Part shown: positions 19,904 to 30,052 of the stretch, piece by piece
Position numbering within the stretch: position 1 is the first letter of the stretch
How the letters are laid out: each line of letters opens with the position of its first letter
Virus genome (UHGV): UHGV-0034894
DNA from: a virus
DNA: 33,481 bases
Reading direction: 5' to 3' (one strand)
Notes under the pieces: model-generated
What the model was told of the DNA's origin: nothing
What the model saw: the letters and a program-made list of their open reading frames with translations, nothing else
Database searches by the model: none
Translations under genes and position numbers: made by a program

Positions 19904-21221
19904 TCTCGATGTCCTCGTCGGTAATGGATGCCCCGATGCCGGTTACGTCAGAATTTTCTCGCAAATCAGTCATAGCGGCTTTCAGTGTCATCAGACCATC
20001 ACCCAGCGCTGTACTGATTGCGTTGGTAGTGTTTAACGCCACCGTTGAGCGATCGACATCAGACATTTGCCAGAGCGGGTTAAACTCAAACGTGAAATCG
20101 TCCGGCAGCGGCTTGCCAAGTTCCGAACGATGCATGATGTCCAGTATCCGCCGCACCGGAAGACGTAAACGCCTCTCCTGCAACGAGCTTACCCGGTCGT
20201 AATAGTTGGCAAGGTCTGCATCGCCGGTAGAAAATCCCTTCGGGGACTGTCCGAACAACCGCACCAGTGGGATACCAACAGCGCCACTAATCTGTTCTGC
20301 AAACTGTGAAAGGATGTCATCCAGACCACTGAAGCTGTACTGATGGGTTTCAAACTTATCCCGCGAGTCCATGAGAGTCATGCCTTCATTGCTCTGGAAC
20401 TGTCGAATCAGGTCAATATTCTTCAGCAACGCTTCATACGCAGGACCACCAAGTGCGATAAGCTCGCGTAGCTTCTCCACGCTGTAGGTACGCAAATGCG
20501 CTTTGTAGACCAGCTGCGCCGCGCCGACAGTAGCGCTGTCGAACGCGGTAAGACGATCCCAGATACGCTCTACAACCGACATTCCCCATTCGTTCTCGGT
20601 CATCTTCTGCTGAAATGGCAGCGTGACGCCATCAAAGCGAATCAGTCGACTGTGATGAATGCGCCAGGCAGGAATTCCCGTTGCTGTGGTCACCACATCG
20701 TAAAACTCAGGTTTACCCAGGTCCGGCCCCATATCTTTAATGCGGCGGGTCAGTACCGGGTCAATCATCCAGCGGTCGAGCGGGAGAATTCCCTTAAACT
20801 TGCCCTTACCGATGGTTTCGGGTCGCAGCGGGGTCATTGGTGCCTGCCCCTCAATCATGATGAAACCCACCGCGCCGCCGTAGAGGCGCGACCATTTCAG
20901 CACGTCATTCAGCGCATCCCAGATTTGCAACTCATCCAGTTGTGATTCGAGAATGCCACGATCTTTTGCATCAATTTCCGAAGTGATGCGAATGCCTTTG
21001 CGGGTCATATCATCCGGGATAGCATCGACTGCTTCGCCGATGATCCAGGACGAACGATAGGACCATTCCACCAGCATGCGGTTACGACTGGTGAAATTAG
21101 CCCGGTAGGTGGATGCTGAGTGCTGGTTAGGTGTCTGCATCCCTACGCGGGCAATAAAATTCTCATAACCATCAGCTGTGGCCTGCGCAGTTCGCCGCAG
21201 GGCTTGTTTGTTTCGTGCCAT
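19755..21221 (-). CDS. Portal protein
   Basis: 488 aa, immediately downstream of terminase large subunit. Confidence 0.75.
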   Translation of the reverse strand: MARNKQALRRTAQATADGYENFIARVGMQTPNQHSASTYRANFTSRNRMLVEWSYRSSWIIGEAVDAIPDDMTRKGIRITSEIDAKDRGILESQLDELQIWDALNDVLKWSRLYGGAVGFIMIEGQAPMTPLRPETIGKGKFKGILPLDRWMIDPVLTRRIKDMGPDLGKPEFYDVVTTATGIPAWRIHHSRLIRFDGVTLPFQQKMTENEWGMSVVERIWDRLTAFDSATVGAAQLVYKAHLRTYSVEKLRELIALGGPAYEALLKNIDLIRQFQSNEGMTLMDSRDKFETHQYSFSGLDDILSQFAEQISGAVGIPLVRLFGQSPKGFSTGDADLANYYDRVSSLQERRLRLPVRRILDIMHRSELGKPLPDDFTFEFNPLWQMSDVDRSTVALNTTNAISTALGDGLMTLKAAMTDLRENSDVTGIGASITDEDIENAEDEAPPGIGEPDDEPQEPSGGNPVSNQPTQDSAGGRGHRKWSLRWFK

Positions 21222-22843
21222 CAGGCCTGTCTCCCTAGCAGCTCCCAGATGTTCAGGGCTGAATTCATTGGGGCATAGTTGATCATCACCGAGTCGGCAA
21301 GGTTTGGCGATCGGGTTCCATCAGGCTGTTTATCAATAACTATTTTTCCCACACCATTAATGGAATAGGTCGGCTGCGAAAGCTCGATGATGAGTTTATC
21401 TTTGAGTGCCATGCTACTGCTGATTGAGATGATTTCGTCCGGGTTGTAAGCCATACCTTCAACCACGGCGCGCCAGGTATTCTGAAAAAGTTTACGTAAC
21501 CGCCACCAGCTCTGGGCTTTGGCGTTAGCGAAGAAGTCCTTGTTCAGACGTGCGGCTTGCCCGTTGTCCCCGCGAACAGCTTCATCATCCGGATCAAATA
21601 CCGCGCCACTACCTCGAAACGGTGTGGCAAGTATTGACGGTCGACGCGCAGCGTTACGCAGTTCGTTGATAGCGCGTGCATCGCCGCGAACGCCAGCGCC
21701 CAGCCCGTCCTCGTCAAAGCGAAACTCTTCGAGGTTGTCCTGTTCGCAAAAGCCGAAAACCTTCTTGACGGACTGATAAATGTCGCTGCCCACACCGGAC
21801 CATTCCCGCACATTTTCCAGGAGGAAGCCATGACGGGTGGAAAAGGCATTTTTGTCCCTGCCTTCGTCGGCGACATCCATCGCGCCAAGTCGTTTGCCTG
21901 TTGGCTGGATACCCAGTTTGATATGCGCATCAACGGCAGCCTGTACCCATTCGGATGGAATCAGGACGCCTTCCGCTGATGCGCTGTAGTTCAGATCAAG
22001 TTCCTGTGCCACCACCACCGGATTATCGATTTTCTCGCATTCCCTGCGATACCACTCTTCATCCTTGCGAGGATCATCCCGCCAGTGGAATGTGAATACC
22101 GGTATCTTCCCGCCATGACGCTTCTGAGCGAACGGGTTAGCCATGCCGTTAACTGAACTCAGGTCGATACGGCAACGCGTCGTTTGTGACAACGCCGCAT
22201 CAATCAGCAGAGGACGCTGAAGGAATGCAGCCTCATCAACCAGATAAAGCGTGGTACGGTCACCACGACCAATATTATCGCCAGCCTCGCCTTTGATAAC
22301 GGCACCAGTTTCAGGAAACTCAACACGCATATATGGCGCGTGCTTCTTCTCGCTCCACGAACCGCGAAACTCTACAGGCAGTGTTTCCACGAACTTGCGC
22401 GCCTTCCAGAACAATGCTTTCGGGTCACCGGTGCTGTCGACGTATTCCTCTTTACGGGAGCCGAAACCGATAACCATTTCTTTGTTGAAGAGACAAAGCG
22501 AACATGCCAGTCCGATCGCGGTCCAACTGAGCCCCATTTCACGGGATTTTTCGGTAATACCATTCTCCCGATTGCCCCAGCGTTCCATAATCCAGTGGAT
22601 CCACTCCTCCTGCTTAGGGAAGAGTAAAAACGGAATGGTCACCGGCAGGCCATAATCAATATTACGCGGGTCCGTTGTCATGCCCCAGTCGATGATGAAC
22701 TGAGCCGGATTGGTTCGGTAAAACTGTTTTAGTGCAGGCAATATTTCAGGATTCTGGCGAATGCGCTGTAGGCGTTCCATCCGCCATTCAAAAACCATCT
22801 GGTAATCAGGATGTTTAAAATCGAAGGGGAATGGTAACGGCAT
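21221..22843 (-). CDS. Terminase large subunit
   Basis: 540 aa; ATPase-like N-terminal region and nuclease-like C-terminal half; position. Confidence 0.85.
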   Translation of the reverse strand: MPLPFPFDFKHPDYQMVFEWRMERLQRIRQNPEILPALKQFYRTNPAQFIIDWGMTTDPRNIDYGLPVTIPFLLFPKQEEWIHWIMERWGNRENGITEKSREMGLSWTAIGLACSLCLFNKEMVIGFGSRKEEYVDSTGDPKALFWKARKFVETLPVEFRGSWSEKKHAPYMRVEFPETGAVIKGEAGDNIGRGDRTTLYLVDEAAFLQRPLLIDAALSQTTRCRIDLSSVNGMANPFAQKRHGGKIPVFTFHWRDDPRKDEEWYRRECEKIDNPVVVAQELDLNYSASAEGVLIPSEWVQAAVDAHIKLGIQPTGKRLGAMDVADEGRDKNAFSTRHGFLLENVREWSGVGSDIYQSVKKVFGFCEQDNLEEFRFDEDGLGAGVRGDARAINELRNAARRPSILATPFRGSGAVFDPDDEAVRGDNGQAARLNKDFFANAKAQSWWRLRKLFQNTWRAVVEGMAYNPDEIISISSSMALKDKLIIELSQPTYSINGVGKIVIDKQPDGTRSPNLADSVMINYAPMNSALNIWELLGRQA

Positions 22844-22845
22844 AC

Positions 22846-23418
22846 TTAGCCCATCATTTTTCTATACGCCTCTGCAGCCTGCTCCGGCGTTAAGTTGGTA
22901 ATTTCTGTTCTGACTGGTCCTCCATCAGCGCCAGTCACTTCATTTTTGACGTTGTCTTTAAACGCCTGAACAGAAACATGACGCCCAAGCAACTCAAGGT
23001 TTTTAACCTTATCAGGCCACTTAATCTTTTTAAGGATCCCGACCATTTCTCTGTCATCTCCTCGCCCCTCAAACATTTCAGCGAGGTTAAATCCACTCAG
23101 GTACCGACGCCACGATTCCGGCCACGCAGACAGAGGCTTAATACTTAAATCGTCCTCTAGGATGTCAGCCACATCGAGCCTGTCGATCTCAACCAGTCGC
23201 ATCAGCACATAATTCGCATCAATGCCCAGTTGATCAATACGCTCCTGCTTTAGCTCGTTAATACGGGCGCGTATCTCAGGTTTACCGTATAGTTCAGCCC
23301 CCGTAACATGTGCTCGCCTGGAGACGTAGCCTGCGCGAATAGCTGCTTGTGTAGCATTCAGATCGACAAGAAACTCGCGACAAAACACCTCGTGTTTTGC
23401 TTTCAGCTTCTTAGTCAT
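22846..23418 (-). CDS. Terminase small subunit
   Basis: N-terminal HTH-like region ([24 protein letters not shown]), upstream of TerL. Confidence 0.75.
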   Translation of the reverse strand: MTKKLKAKHEVFCREFLVDLNATQAAIRAGYVSRRAHVTGAELYGKPEIRARINELKQERIDQLGIDANYVLMRLVEIDRLDVADILEDDLSIKPLSAWPESWRRYLSGFNLAEMFEGRGDDREMVGILKKIKWPDKVKNLELLGRHVSVQAFKDNVKNEVTGADGGPVRTEITNLTPEQAAEAYRKMMG

Positions 23419-23479
23419 TTTATTTTCCAGTTATCAGGTCATTATCGAAGCCCCTCCTGGAAGAGCTTCTGTAATGCTA

Positions 23480-24004
23480 TTACCGGGACTGTTCTATTTG
23501 TCGGACACCAGCCAACTGGTTATTCGCCTTCTCGATGGCTGCCAACAATGGGTTAATCCACAGAACAGCCTGGCAATATGTCAACGTTCTGGTGGTAGTG
23601 GCACGATCACCGGCTGGGTCAATGTACCCGGAATCGGCGTGCAATGCGCTGGCGCGTAAACGGTTCGCGTAGTTGAGCAACCCGACAGCAATATCAGCAG
23701 GAACAGGGAAATCACAGTTCTTTTCACGGAGCAGAACCTCACGGTATTTGATGACTGTCTTCTCGTGACCGATGTCGACCAGAGAATTTAATCGGCTTGC
23801 GTTTTCTGCTATCTGGTTAAAACGATTGAAGTTTAATGCCTGATTAGCTATCACTTTCCCTTGATATTCAGCTTCACCTTCCGCTTTATCAGCCCGCAAC
23901 TTTTCTGCCTGATACTTGCTGTGGTAATGGTTTGCAGACCAGACGAGCGCCCCAAAGGCAGAGAAGAAAAATGCCGCGATGACAATCTTATAAGTCAGCT
24001 TCAT
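23480..24004 (-). CDS. Rz-like i-spanin (lysis protein)
   Basis: N-terminal TM helix then WSANHY resembling lambda Rz; last gene of the lysis cassette. Confidence 0.6.
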   Translation of the reverse strand: MKLTYKIVIAAFFFSAFGALVWSANHYHSKYQAEKLRADKAEGEAEYQGKVIANQALNFNRFNQIAENASRLNSLVDIGHEKTVIKYREVLLREKNCDFPVPADIAVGLLNYANRLRASALHADSGYIDPAGDRATTTRTLTYCQAVLWINPLLAAIEKANNQLAGVRQIEQSR

Positions 24005-24464
24005 TTACCACCCCACCAGCATCTTTAAACCTGGAAATCAGGTCACCGATTTTATGTTCATACTGACCGTAACCTGCACCAGGTAACGACGCCCAGATAT
24101 TGCTGCAACGGTCGATTGCCTGACGAATATCGCCACGGTCAATCATCGGTAAAGCGCCACGCTCTTTAATCTGCTGCAGCGCCACAGCGTCCTGACTTTC
24201 TGGCGAAAAATCTTTCAGGCCAAGCTGCTTGCGGTAGGCATCCCACCAGCGTGAAAGAAGCTGATACCGGCCTGCGGCTGTTGATTTAAGCTTCGGGTTT
24301 AGCGTGACAAGTTTGCGAGGGTGATCGGAGTAATCAGTGAACAACTCACCTCCGACGATAACGTCATAACCGTGATTACGTGTCGGTTGTCGCCCGTTAT
24401 CCGTTCCTTCTGACCATGCCACCATATCCAGGAAAGCTTTACGTTGGGAATTTAGTGTCTGCAT
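23988..24464 (-). CDS. R: Endolysin, lambda R-type lytic transglycosylase
   Basis: Near-identical over most of its length to lambda R as I recall it (QRKAFLDM.AWSEGTDNGRQ...GRYQLLSRWWDAYRKQLGLKDF...). Confidence 0.9.
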   Translation of the reverse strand: MQTLNSQRKAFLDMVAWSEGTDNGRQPTRNHGYDVIVGGELFTDYSDHPRKLVTLNPKLKSTAAGRYQLLSRWWDAYRKQLGLKDFSPESQDAVALQQIKERGALPMIDRGDIRQAIDRCSNIWASLPGAGYGQYEHKIGDLISRFKDAGGVVNEADL

Positions 24465-24467
24465 GAA

Positions 24468-24827
24468 TTACTCCTTAGAGCCACCAAACTTGTTACCGAT
24501 TACTCGCATTGCAGCCCCACGAATAGCATCGACACCGATCAGCCCAACACCACCACCAATGGCAACAGAAAGCGATTTAGGCCATCCGACATACTCAAGA
24601 GCGGATGCAAAAGTCAGCGTCAGAGCACCACAGAGCAAAATCTCAAGCGTTTTTCGTTTCCAGCCGCCGCCACCGCCAAAATAGGCAATGCGCAAGCCAG
24701 CCATAACAATTGACATAACCACTGCGCCCAACGGCGTATCTCCACGCCACCAACTTTGTAAGAGTTCCAGTAAGTCAGGCCAGGAATGAGGAGCATTGTG
24801 CATTTTCATACTTCCCACCTCCGCCAT
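24468..24827 (-). CDS. Holin (class I-like); possible dual-start MKM motif
   Basis: Multiple TM segments, immediately upstream of endolysin; MAEVGSMKMHN... suggests alternative starts. Confidence 0.65.
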   Translation of the reverse strand: MAEVGSMKMHNAPHSWPDLLELLQSWWRGDTPLGAVVMSIVMAGLRIAYFGGGGGWKRKTLEILLCGALTLTFASALEYVGWPKSLSVAIGGGVGLIGVDAIRGAAMRVIGNKFGGSKE

Positions 24828-24910
24828 TACGGGGTGTTGTTGAAAGGCGGGCCCTGCGTATACGCCCGTAGGATTGGGTTATGAGCCGTCCTTCGGTGGG
24901 CCCTGAATAC

Positions 24911-24933
24911 AAAAAAAGTTCGCCATAGCGAAC
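24911..24933 (-). terminator. tR'-like rho-independent terminator between Q and the lysis genes
   Basis: Minus strand GUUCGC-UAUG-GCGAAC perfect hairpin followed by UUUUUUU. Confidence 0.6.
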
Positions 24934-25341
24934 CTTGTTAAATTTGTTAAAAAAGGAAGTTATTTAACATAATGTACGTTATAGGAACCACACGATCCCC
25001 GCTCGCAATAGATTTGCGATGAAAGGCCTATTTAATCAACTTAAGTGGTCCAGAATGACGAAATTCGAGTGAATAAAAGGTGCATAAAAAAGGGCAAAAA
25101 CTGCATAGCGTTTTTTCGCAGCGAAAGCCCTGTTTTATTAACTTTTCCCCAGAATGGGGCAATAAAAAAGGCCCCCTTGCGGAAGCCTCTTCGTGATGAA
25201 CTGTTTTCAACAGATATCAGGCTAATCGGCTTTTTGGAATTCCACAACTATTTTTTATCTTACCTTGATACCTGAAGCCGTCAGGTGTTTACGGCAATCC
25301 TGAATACCATCTGATTCCCTTACGTGATTGATTACTGGATA

Positions 25342-25764
25342 TTATGCCGCCGGGCAGCTCCTTCGCAAAGTCCTGATAGCCTTAGGCTTTGACTGAACTG
25401 CTTGATCCATTTCCAGAACCACGTCCAGCATAGCCAGGCAGCCGTCGATAAATCCCTCTGCAGCCTGGAGCCTCTTCAGAACTTGAGTGTGTGATACGCC
25501 GAGCTTCACACCCATAGCCCTCACAGGCATCGCCTGGATGTAATGCCACTCAAGGAGCGTACACAGGTACGGATCTTTTTTCTTCAGGCAGTTCATAGCA
25601 GAGCTGATGATCAGACCGTCATTGTCACTGCACTTCAGCCGCCCGGCTTGCGTTGCAGGTAGCAGATTCTTAAATCCAGCGGAAACAGGTGGATAGTAGA
25701 CACTGCAACCTTCGCTCGCAGCCCAGCCCCCCCATCGCTCTAAAACCAGTCGAATATCACGCAT
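25342..25764 (-). CDS. Late-gene antiterminator Q-like protein
   Basis: Position immediately upstream of late leader/terminator and lysis cassette; resembles Q-like proteins from memory. Confidence 0.55.
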   Translation of the reverse strand: MRDIRLVLERWGGWAASEGCSVYYPPVSAGFKNLLPATQAGRLKCSDNDGLIISSAMNCLKKKDPYLCTLLEWHYIQAMPVRAMGVKLGVSHTQVLKRLQAAEGFIDGCLAMLDVVLEMDQAVQSKPKAIRTLRRSCPAA

Positions 25765-25789
25765 AGCTCTGACCTCTACGTTTTGCTAC

Positions 25790-26080
25790 TTACCGTTCAT
25801 CTTTCATTTTGAGGTTAGAAAGATGTTTAAGCCGCTGGCAATACGCTTTCCAGTAAGCCTCAGAGTGCATCGGGTGCTCGATATCGCTATACAGCCATAC
25901 ACAGTCGTCGCGCTGAGTTACCGGCGGTGGCGCCAACACATCTCGAGTGGCCTGCGTTAGTGCTCTTTTGAAGAAAAAAGCCTCCCCTAAGGGCTGGTAG
26001 TCTCTGTTGAATGCTTCCCAAGCCCCCTCAGCTGTTTTGCGGATACCGTAAGGCATACATTGGCGGAATATCTTTGACAT
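25790..26080 (-). CDS. Hypothetical protein (96 aa) between ori-like region and Q
   Basis: ORF and synteny only. Confidence 0.4.
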   Translation of the reverse strand: MSKIFRQCMPYGIRKTAEGAWEAFNRDYQPLGEAFFFKRALTQATRDVLAPPPVTQRDDCVWLYSDIEHPMHSEAYWKAYCQRLKHLSNLKMKDER

Positions 26081-26129
26081 CGTCGTATCCTCATTTAGTT
26101 ATTTGCTAATTTTTTCAAGTTAATTTCCG

Positions 26130-26392
26130 GGTGACGGCTAGGTGACGCGTAATTACATATCCGTCACCTGCTGCAAAGCGCGCCATATAAGGCCTGAAGA
26201 TGTTTTAGGTGACAGGTGACGGTTGATTTTAGTTCTCTATATATAAGCGATCGTATAATACCTAAAATACACACTATCGCGTATATAGTTTTAAATTCTG
26301 CCGTCACCTGTCACCTTTAGCACATTTCCCATTGTTTTATATATACTTTTTAAGGTGACGCTTAAGCGTTTTGCCGTCACCTAGCCGTCACC
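26130..26392. repeat. Iteron cluster: ten GGTGAC hexamers in nested inverted-repeat symmetry around an AT-rich core; candidate replication origin
   Basis: Perfect 18-bp IR (26130-26147 / 26375-26392), perfect 15-bp IR (26208-26222 / 26301-26315), single copies at 26163-26168 and 26353-26358, about 78-bp AT-rich centre. Confidence 0.7.
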
Positions 26393-26395
26393 TTT

Positions 26396-28657
26396 TTACA
26401 ATCCAGATTGCAAAATTTCGCAAGATTTATATATTTCGCGCAATTCTTCGTTGCTGAAATCGTTATTTTTTACAAGAATCCAAATCCTATATACAAACCC
26501 GTCAATTTTTACGCGTACGGGTTCCCGCTTTGTTCTTTCTTTCAAAATGCGAGTAATATGCTTCTGGTTAATTTCTACATCCATTCCTGCTTCTGCCAGT
26601 ATTGCGTTAACAATTTGTTGATAAGTCATTGCTGGCACAGGCGGATTATCCAGGATTTCAATAAGAGCAGCCTCCACATCGCTCTTATTGCTTTCAATCA
26701 TCAGAAGGCGTTCTTTCGTCTCGGGGGCGCGCTGCCAGTTAAAGCGAGACAGGTCAACGCCCATCAGATACCAGTACACCTGGGCGATAAAGTCGCTGTC
26801 GCTTAGCGCACCGTACAGGCTGGCGTAATGCTCTTCAGTTGCGGCGAAGTCAGGGCCCCCCAGCACAGCGATACGTCGGTCTTCCTCTGGCAGCGCCAGC
26901 GCATCAAAGTGGTTGGTGTAGAACAGAAAGCCGGTGTATATATCCATCGTTTTTTTGCTGCCATATTTGCGGTTCACTTCAAACCGTGGTTCTGTCAGCA
27001 CGTCACGGATCTTATCGTTCACCTCATACCGCTTATCATTTTCGCGCACCTCGTCAATGGTGCATAGAAGCGTATTGTACAGATAGTCATGGAACTGGTT
27101 ATCGCACAGGATCTTCATGCGAGTACGAGCACAGTTCCACGGACCAAGCACGCGCTCCATTAACTGGCTGACCCATCCTCTGCCCGTACCATGTGCGGAA
27201 GCCACATGCAGAATAGAAATCGGGCATCGACGCTCCGGACGCTGAACCATCCACCCCAGACGGGCGATGAAAAACTCGCGCTGCCAGGCATCAGGTACCA
27301 GATACGCCATATGATTAAGGAACGTGGACACCTTACTTGTATCCGCTGTACGTGGATGCTCAGGCATATAAAATTCGTTTATCTCAAACCGCCCGTCGAA
27401 ACGCTCGATAATACGTCCCGCACCGGGCTTATAGCCTGTCGTCTCAGCAATCTTCTTATGCCGATGCTCTATCCACCGTTTGGTTGCGGGAGTTGGTTGC
27501 CCTTTCCCTTCTGGCGGGAACTGGTAAGGCGCCATCAGGTTTTTGAACGACTTCATATCCATCATGCACTGATATGGCGGTCGGCTAAGATCACATACCT
27601 GGTCACCCTCGATGACGTAGATAAAGCGTTCCAGAAAATGAGCTGTCATATCTGTATTAATATCGGTAAATTCAGGCTTATCGCCATCTTCAACCACCGT
27701 GAGATCTTCGAACAGGGATTGCGTATAGCCGTAGCCTTCCAGCCAGTCGGCATCAGTAAGCCCCGCATCGGTGTTGTGCATGCTTTTAAAATGTCCCTGT
27801 TCAAATCCCCCCGTCCCTTTTGGGAAATACTTAATGGATGTTTCGCTGCAACCGTTGCTGTATTCTGACTCATCCCGAAACGGTTTCAGATTGCGGGAAC
27901 CATCAGAGCTGACTGACAGAGTCCACCCGTTCGCGTCAAGCCAGTCGGCGACATCATCTGTCGCGGAAGGATCAACACAGGAAAGATCACGCTGACGTCC
28001 TGCACCTGCGGTATAGCTGTCTTTCACGGGTAAGTTATCCGCCAGACGCTGCCACAGGCTTTCGAGCTGTTCAGATGTAATTTTCAGAGGTTCGCCGGGC
28101 AGACCGCAGTCCCACTGAATACGTTCGCCTGCCGGATGGGTACCACAAGCCACAAACTGCTGGCCCTTAGCGAGCAGCTCTATTTGTTTGTTTTCGCCTT
28201 CCAGGCGGTGACCACGTTTACGGTAGTCGCCATCAACAGCAATCAGGTACAGGCATTTATGACTGTCAGCCCGCCAGCGACGTGGCGGAAGTTCCCCCAG
28301 GCATGACAGGATAATATTGCGTACGATCTCCTGCATCCCGGCGTCATTGATATCGCAGTCCAGAGCCACCACCCCGTCGCCAGTACGAACGCAAATACCG
28401 TAATCGGGTTCGTTCGACCACCGGGCAAAATCGTTTTCCGTAACAACATAGTTAGCCCAGTCGGGGATACCAACAACCTTACGTTGGCCATTGTAGCGAC
28501 TGGGGGTTTTGCCGAAATTATGAGACAGCTTGCTATTAGGCGACAGTTCTGCACAGGGATTGGACACCACAGGTAAAAGCCTGTCTGTCATCCCCAACAC
28601 CAGATCGAAGTGGAACCACTCATCGGGCGTAGCTCCCCATGGTTTGTTATCAGACAT
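26396..28657 (-). CDS. Replication protein: AEP-type primase-polymerase N-terminal domain with C-terminal NTPase/helicase-like region
   Basis: 753 aa; DxD-like motif LDCDIND; directly downstream of cro; adjacent iterons. Confidence 0.6.
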   Translation of the reverse strand: MSDNKPWGATPDEWFHFDLVLGMTDRLLPVVSNPCAELSPNSKLSHNFGKTPSRYNGQRKVVGIPDWANYVVTENDFARWSNEPDYGICVRTGDGVVALDCDINDAGMQEIVRNIILSCLGELPPRRWRADSHKCLYLIAVDGDYRKRGHRLEGENKQIELLAKGQQFVACGTHPAGERIQWDCGLPGEPLKITSEQLESLWQRLADNLPVKDSYTAGAGRQRDLSCVDPSATDDVADWLDANGWTLSVSSDGSRNLKPFRDESEYSNGCSETSIKYFPKGTGGFEQGHFKSMHNTDAGLTDADWLEGYGYTQSLFEDLTVVEDGDKPEFTDINTDMTAHFLERFIYVIEGDQVCDLSRPPYQCMMDMKSFKNLMAPYQFPPEGKGQPTPATKRWIEHRHKKIAETTGYKPGAGRIIERFDGRFEINEFYMPEHPRTADTSKVSTFLNHMAYLVPDAWQREFFIARLGWMVQRPERRCPISILHVASAHGTGRGWVSQLMERVLGPWNCARTRMKILCDNQFHDYLYNTLLCTIDEVRENDKRYEVNDKIRDVLTEPRFEVNRKYGSKKTMDIYTGFLFYTNHFDALALPEEDRRIAVLGGPDFAATEEHYASLYGALSDSDFIAQVYWYLMGVDLSRFNWQRAPETKERLLMIESNKSDVEAALIEILDNPPVPAMTYQQIVNAILAEAGMDVEINQKHITRILKERTKREPVRVKIDGFVYRIWILVKNNDFSNEELREIYKSCEILQSGL

Positions 28658-28660
28658 GGG

Positions 28661-28861
28661 TTACGCCTTTTGTCTAGCTGTCACTTCCTGAAAAAGCTTT
28701 TCTATCGCACGTACTGTAGAAAAGCGAGGGTCAGAATGAACCCCGGTGAGAAGCCGACTAATAGAAGACTGCTTCACGCCTGCAATTTCGGCAATTTGGT
28801 TTTGGGTATACCCTGAATCAATCAAGCTTTTGACCATCTCTTGTGGTGTTAGTCCGGACAT
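28661..28861 (-). CDS. Cro-like HTH transcriptional regulator
   Basis: 66 aa with HTH (QNQIAEIAGVKQSSISRLL); divergent from repressor gene. Confidence 0.65.
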   Translation of the reverse strand: MSGLTPQEMVKSLIDSGYTQNQIAEIAGVKQSSISRLLTGVHSDPRFSTVRAIEKLFQEVTARQKA

Positions 28862-29002
28862 ATTTAAGTCTCCACTTTCGTCTATAGCGCAAATTTATAC
28901 GAAAACGGATTATTCAGCAATACGGCAATTCTATATCATCCTGGATTAAAATATCCGATAACGCATAATCACCGTCCCTGTATACAACATGGATGAATCC
29001 AA
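28862..29002. promoter_or_regulatory. Divergent cI/cro promoter-operator region
   Basis: 141-bp AT-rich gap between divergent regulators; contains GATAACGCATAAT motif also found downstream of cI. Confidence 0.5.
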
Positions 29003-29677
29003 ATGATTGATACTACCGATATCCTTTCTCAAAACATCAAGTACCTGATGGACAAAGCCAAGATAAGCTCGATAACTGAGCTGGCACGTCGGTTACAACT
29101 GAACCAACCAACGCTACACAGGCTGGTATCAGGAGAGGTGAAAGATCCGAAATACGCAACGTTAAAGCAGATCGCCGACTACTTCCACGTGTCACCAATA
29201 GACCTGGCAGAAAGGAGCCTTCAAGAAATGGAGAAAGAGGACGCGACGGGTATAAAAACGTATATTTCTCTTAGGTTTAATAAAGTACCTGTTTTGGGAA
29301 ACACTCAGCTAGGCGTTGGAGGACTTTGGAGCGACACCCAATATTCAGTAGGTAGCAGTGATGGTTTCATATACTGGCCGACAAAGGATGAAGATGCATA
29401 CGCCCTGAAATGTGTTGGTGATTCAATGATGCCTAGAATCAAAGAGGGTGAGTTCGTAATCGTCGAACCCAACCACGACTACACTCCTGGTGATGAAGTA
29501 CTTGTGGTTACCCGGGACGGTGAGGTCATGGTTAAAACCTTCTTGTTCGAACGCGATGGCCTGTTCCATCTAATGTCTGTAAATGAAGATCATCCACCAG
29601 TCAGAGTACCACGCGAAAACATTGAAAAAATCCATTACGTGGCGGGGATCGCCAAATCCGCGCTACGCATGTACTAA
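29003..29677 (+). CDS. CI-like prophage repressor (HTH plus S24 LexA-like autopeptidase domain)
   Basis: N-terminal HTH; C-terminal GDSM catalytic Ser context and conserved Lys (VMVKTF). Confidence 0.85.
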   Translation: MIDTTDILSQNIKYLMDKAKISSITELARRLQLNQPTLHRLVSGEVKDPKYATLKQIADYFHVSPIDLAERSLQEMEKEDATGIKTYISLRFNKVPVLGNTQLGVGGLWSDTQYSVGSSDGFIYWPTKDEDAYALKCVGDSMMPRIKEGEFVIVEPNHDYTPGDEVLVVTRDGEVMVKTFLFERDGLFHLMSVNEDHPPVRVPRENIEKIHYVAGIAKSALRMY

Positions 29678-29707
29678 CCTTTACAGTCTGATAACTTACT
29701 TCTGATC

Positions 29708-29740
29708 AAACCGCTCTCCACAAGGGCGGTTTTCTTATTT
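29708..29740 (+). terminator. Rho-independent terminator downstream of cI
   Basis: AAACCGC-(11-nt loop)-GCGGUUU followed by a U-rich tract. Confidence 0.5.
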
Positions 29741-29761
29741 GCAAAATAATTCATTTTCGTA

Positions 29762-29790
29762 TTGACGCAAAATCCCATAACGCATATAAA
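29762..29790 (+). promoter_or_regulatory. Strong sigma70-like promoter (TTGACG-17 bp-TATAAA) with overlapping operator-like ACGCATA motifs
   Basis: Near-consensus -35/-10 with 17-bp spacer read directly; CGCATAATTAATGCG near-palindrome just downstream. Confidence 0.5.
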
Positions 29791-30052
29791 TACGATACCG
29801 CATAATTAATGCGTTTTTTAATACCAGCTCTTTAACAAACTGAACCGCGTGACAGGTAAGCCGCAGTACTCCTGGCAAAATGAAATGGCACCCGATGGGA
29901 TCGAGGTAAGCGCCGAGTCCGTATGCGTACGGTAAGCGTAGAGGACAACACCGCGACGAACTGATAAGTCACGCAAGTTGAAACGCCCCGACGATGGGGC
30001 GCTTAGTTCCTTTAACTCTGGGTGGCCGGAAGGGTACCCATGCTTAAAGAAA

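Noticed and set aside
24828-25341. tRNA genes in the Q-to-holin intergenic region, as in some lambdoid phages
   Set aside because: No T-loop-like GGTTCGAATCC motif or cloverleaf on either strand by eye; the small ORFs listed here are probably spurious.
26130-26392. CRISPR array
   Set aside because: The repeats are 6-8 bp hexamers in inverted symmetric arrangement, not 25-40-bp direct repeats with unique spacers, and there are no cas genes.
29800-30050. Possible retron-like ncRNA
   Set aside because: The hairpins are suggestive, but no reverse transcriptase gene is adjacent or anywhere in the window, so the idea is unsupported.
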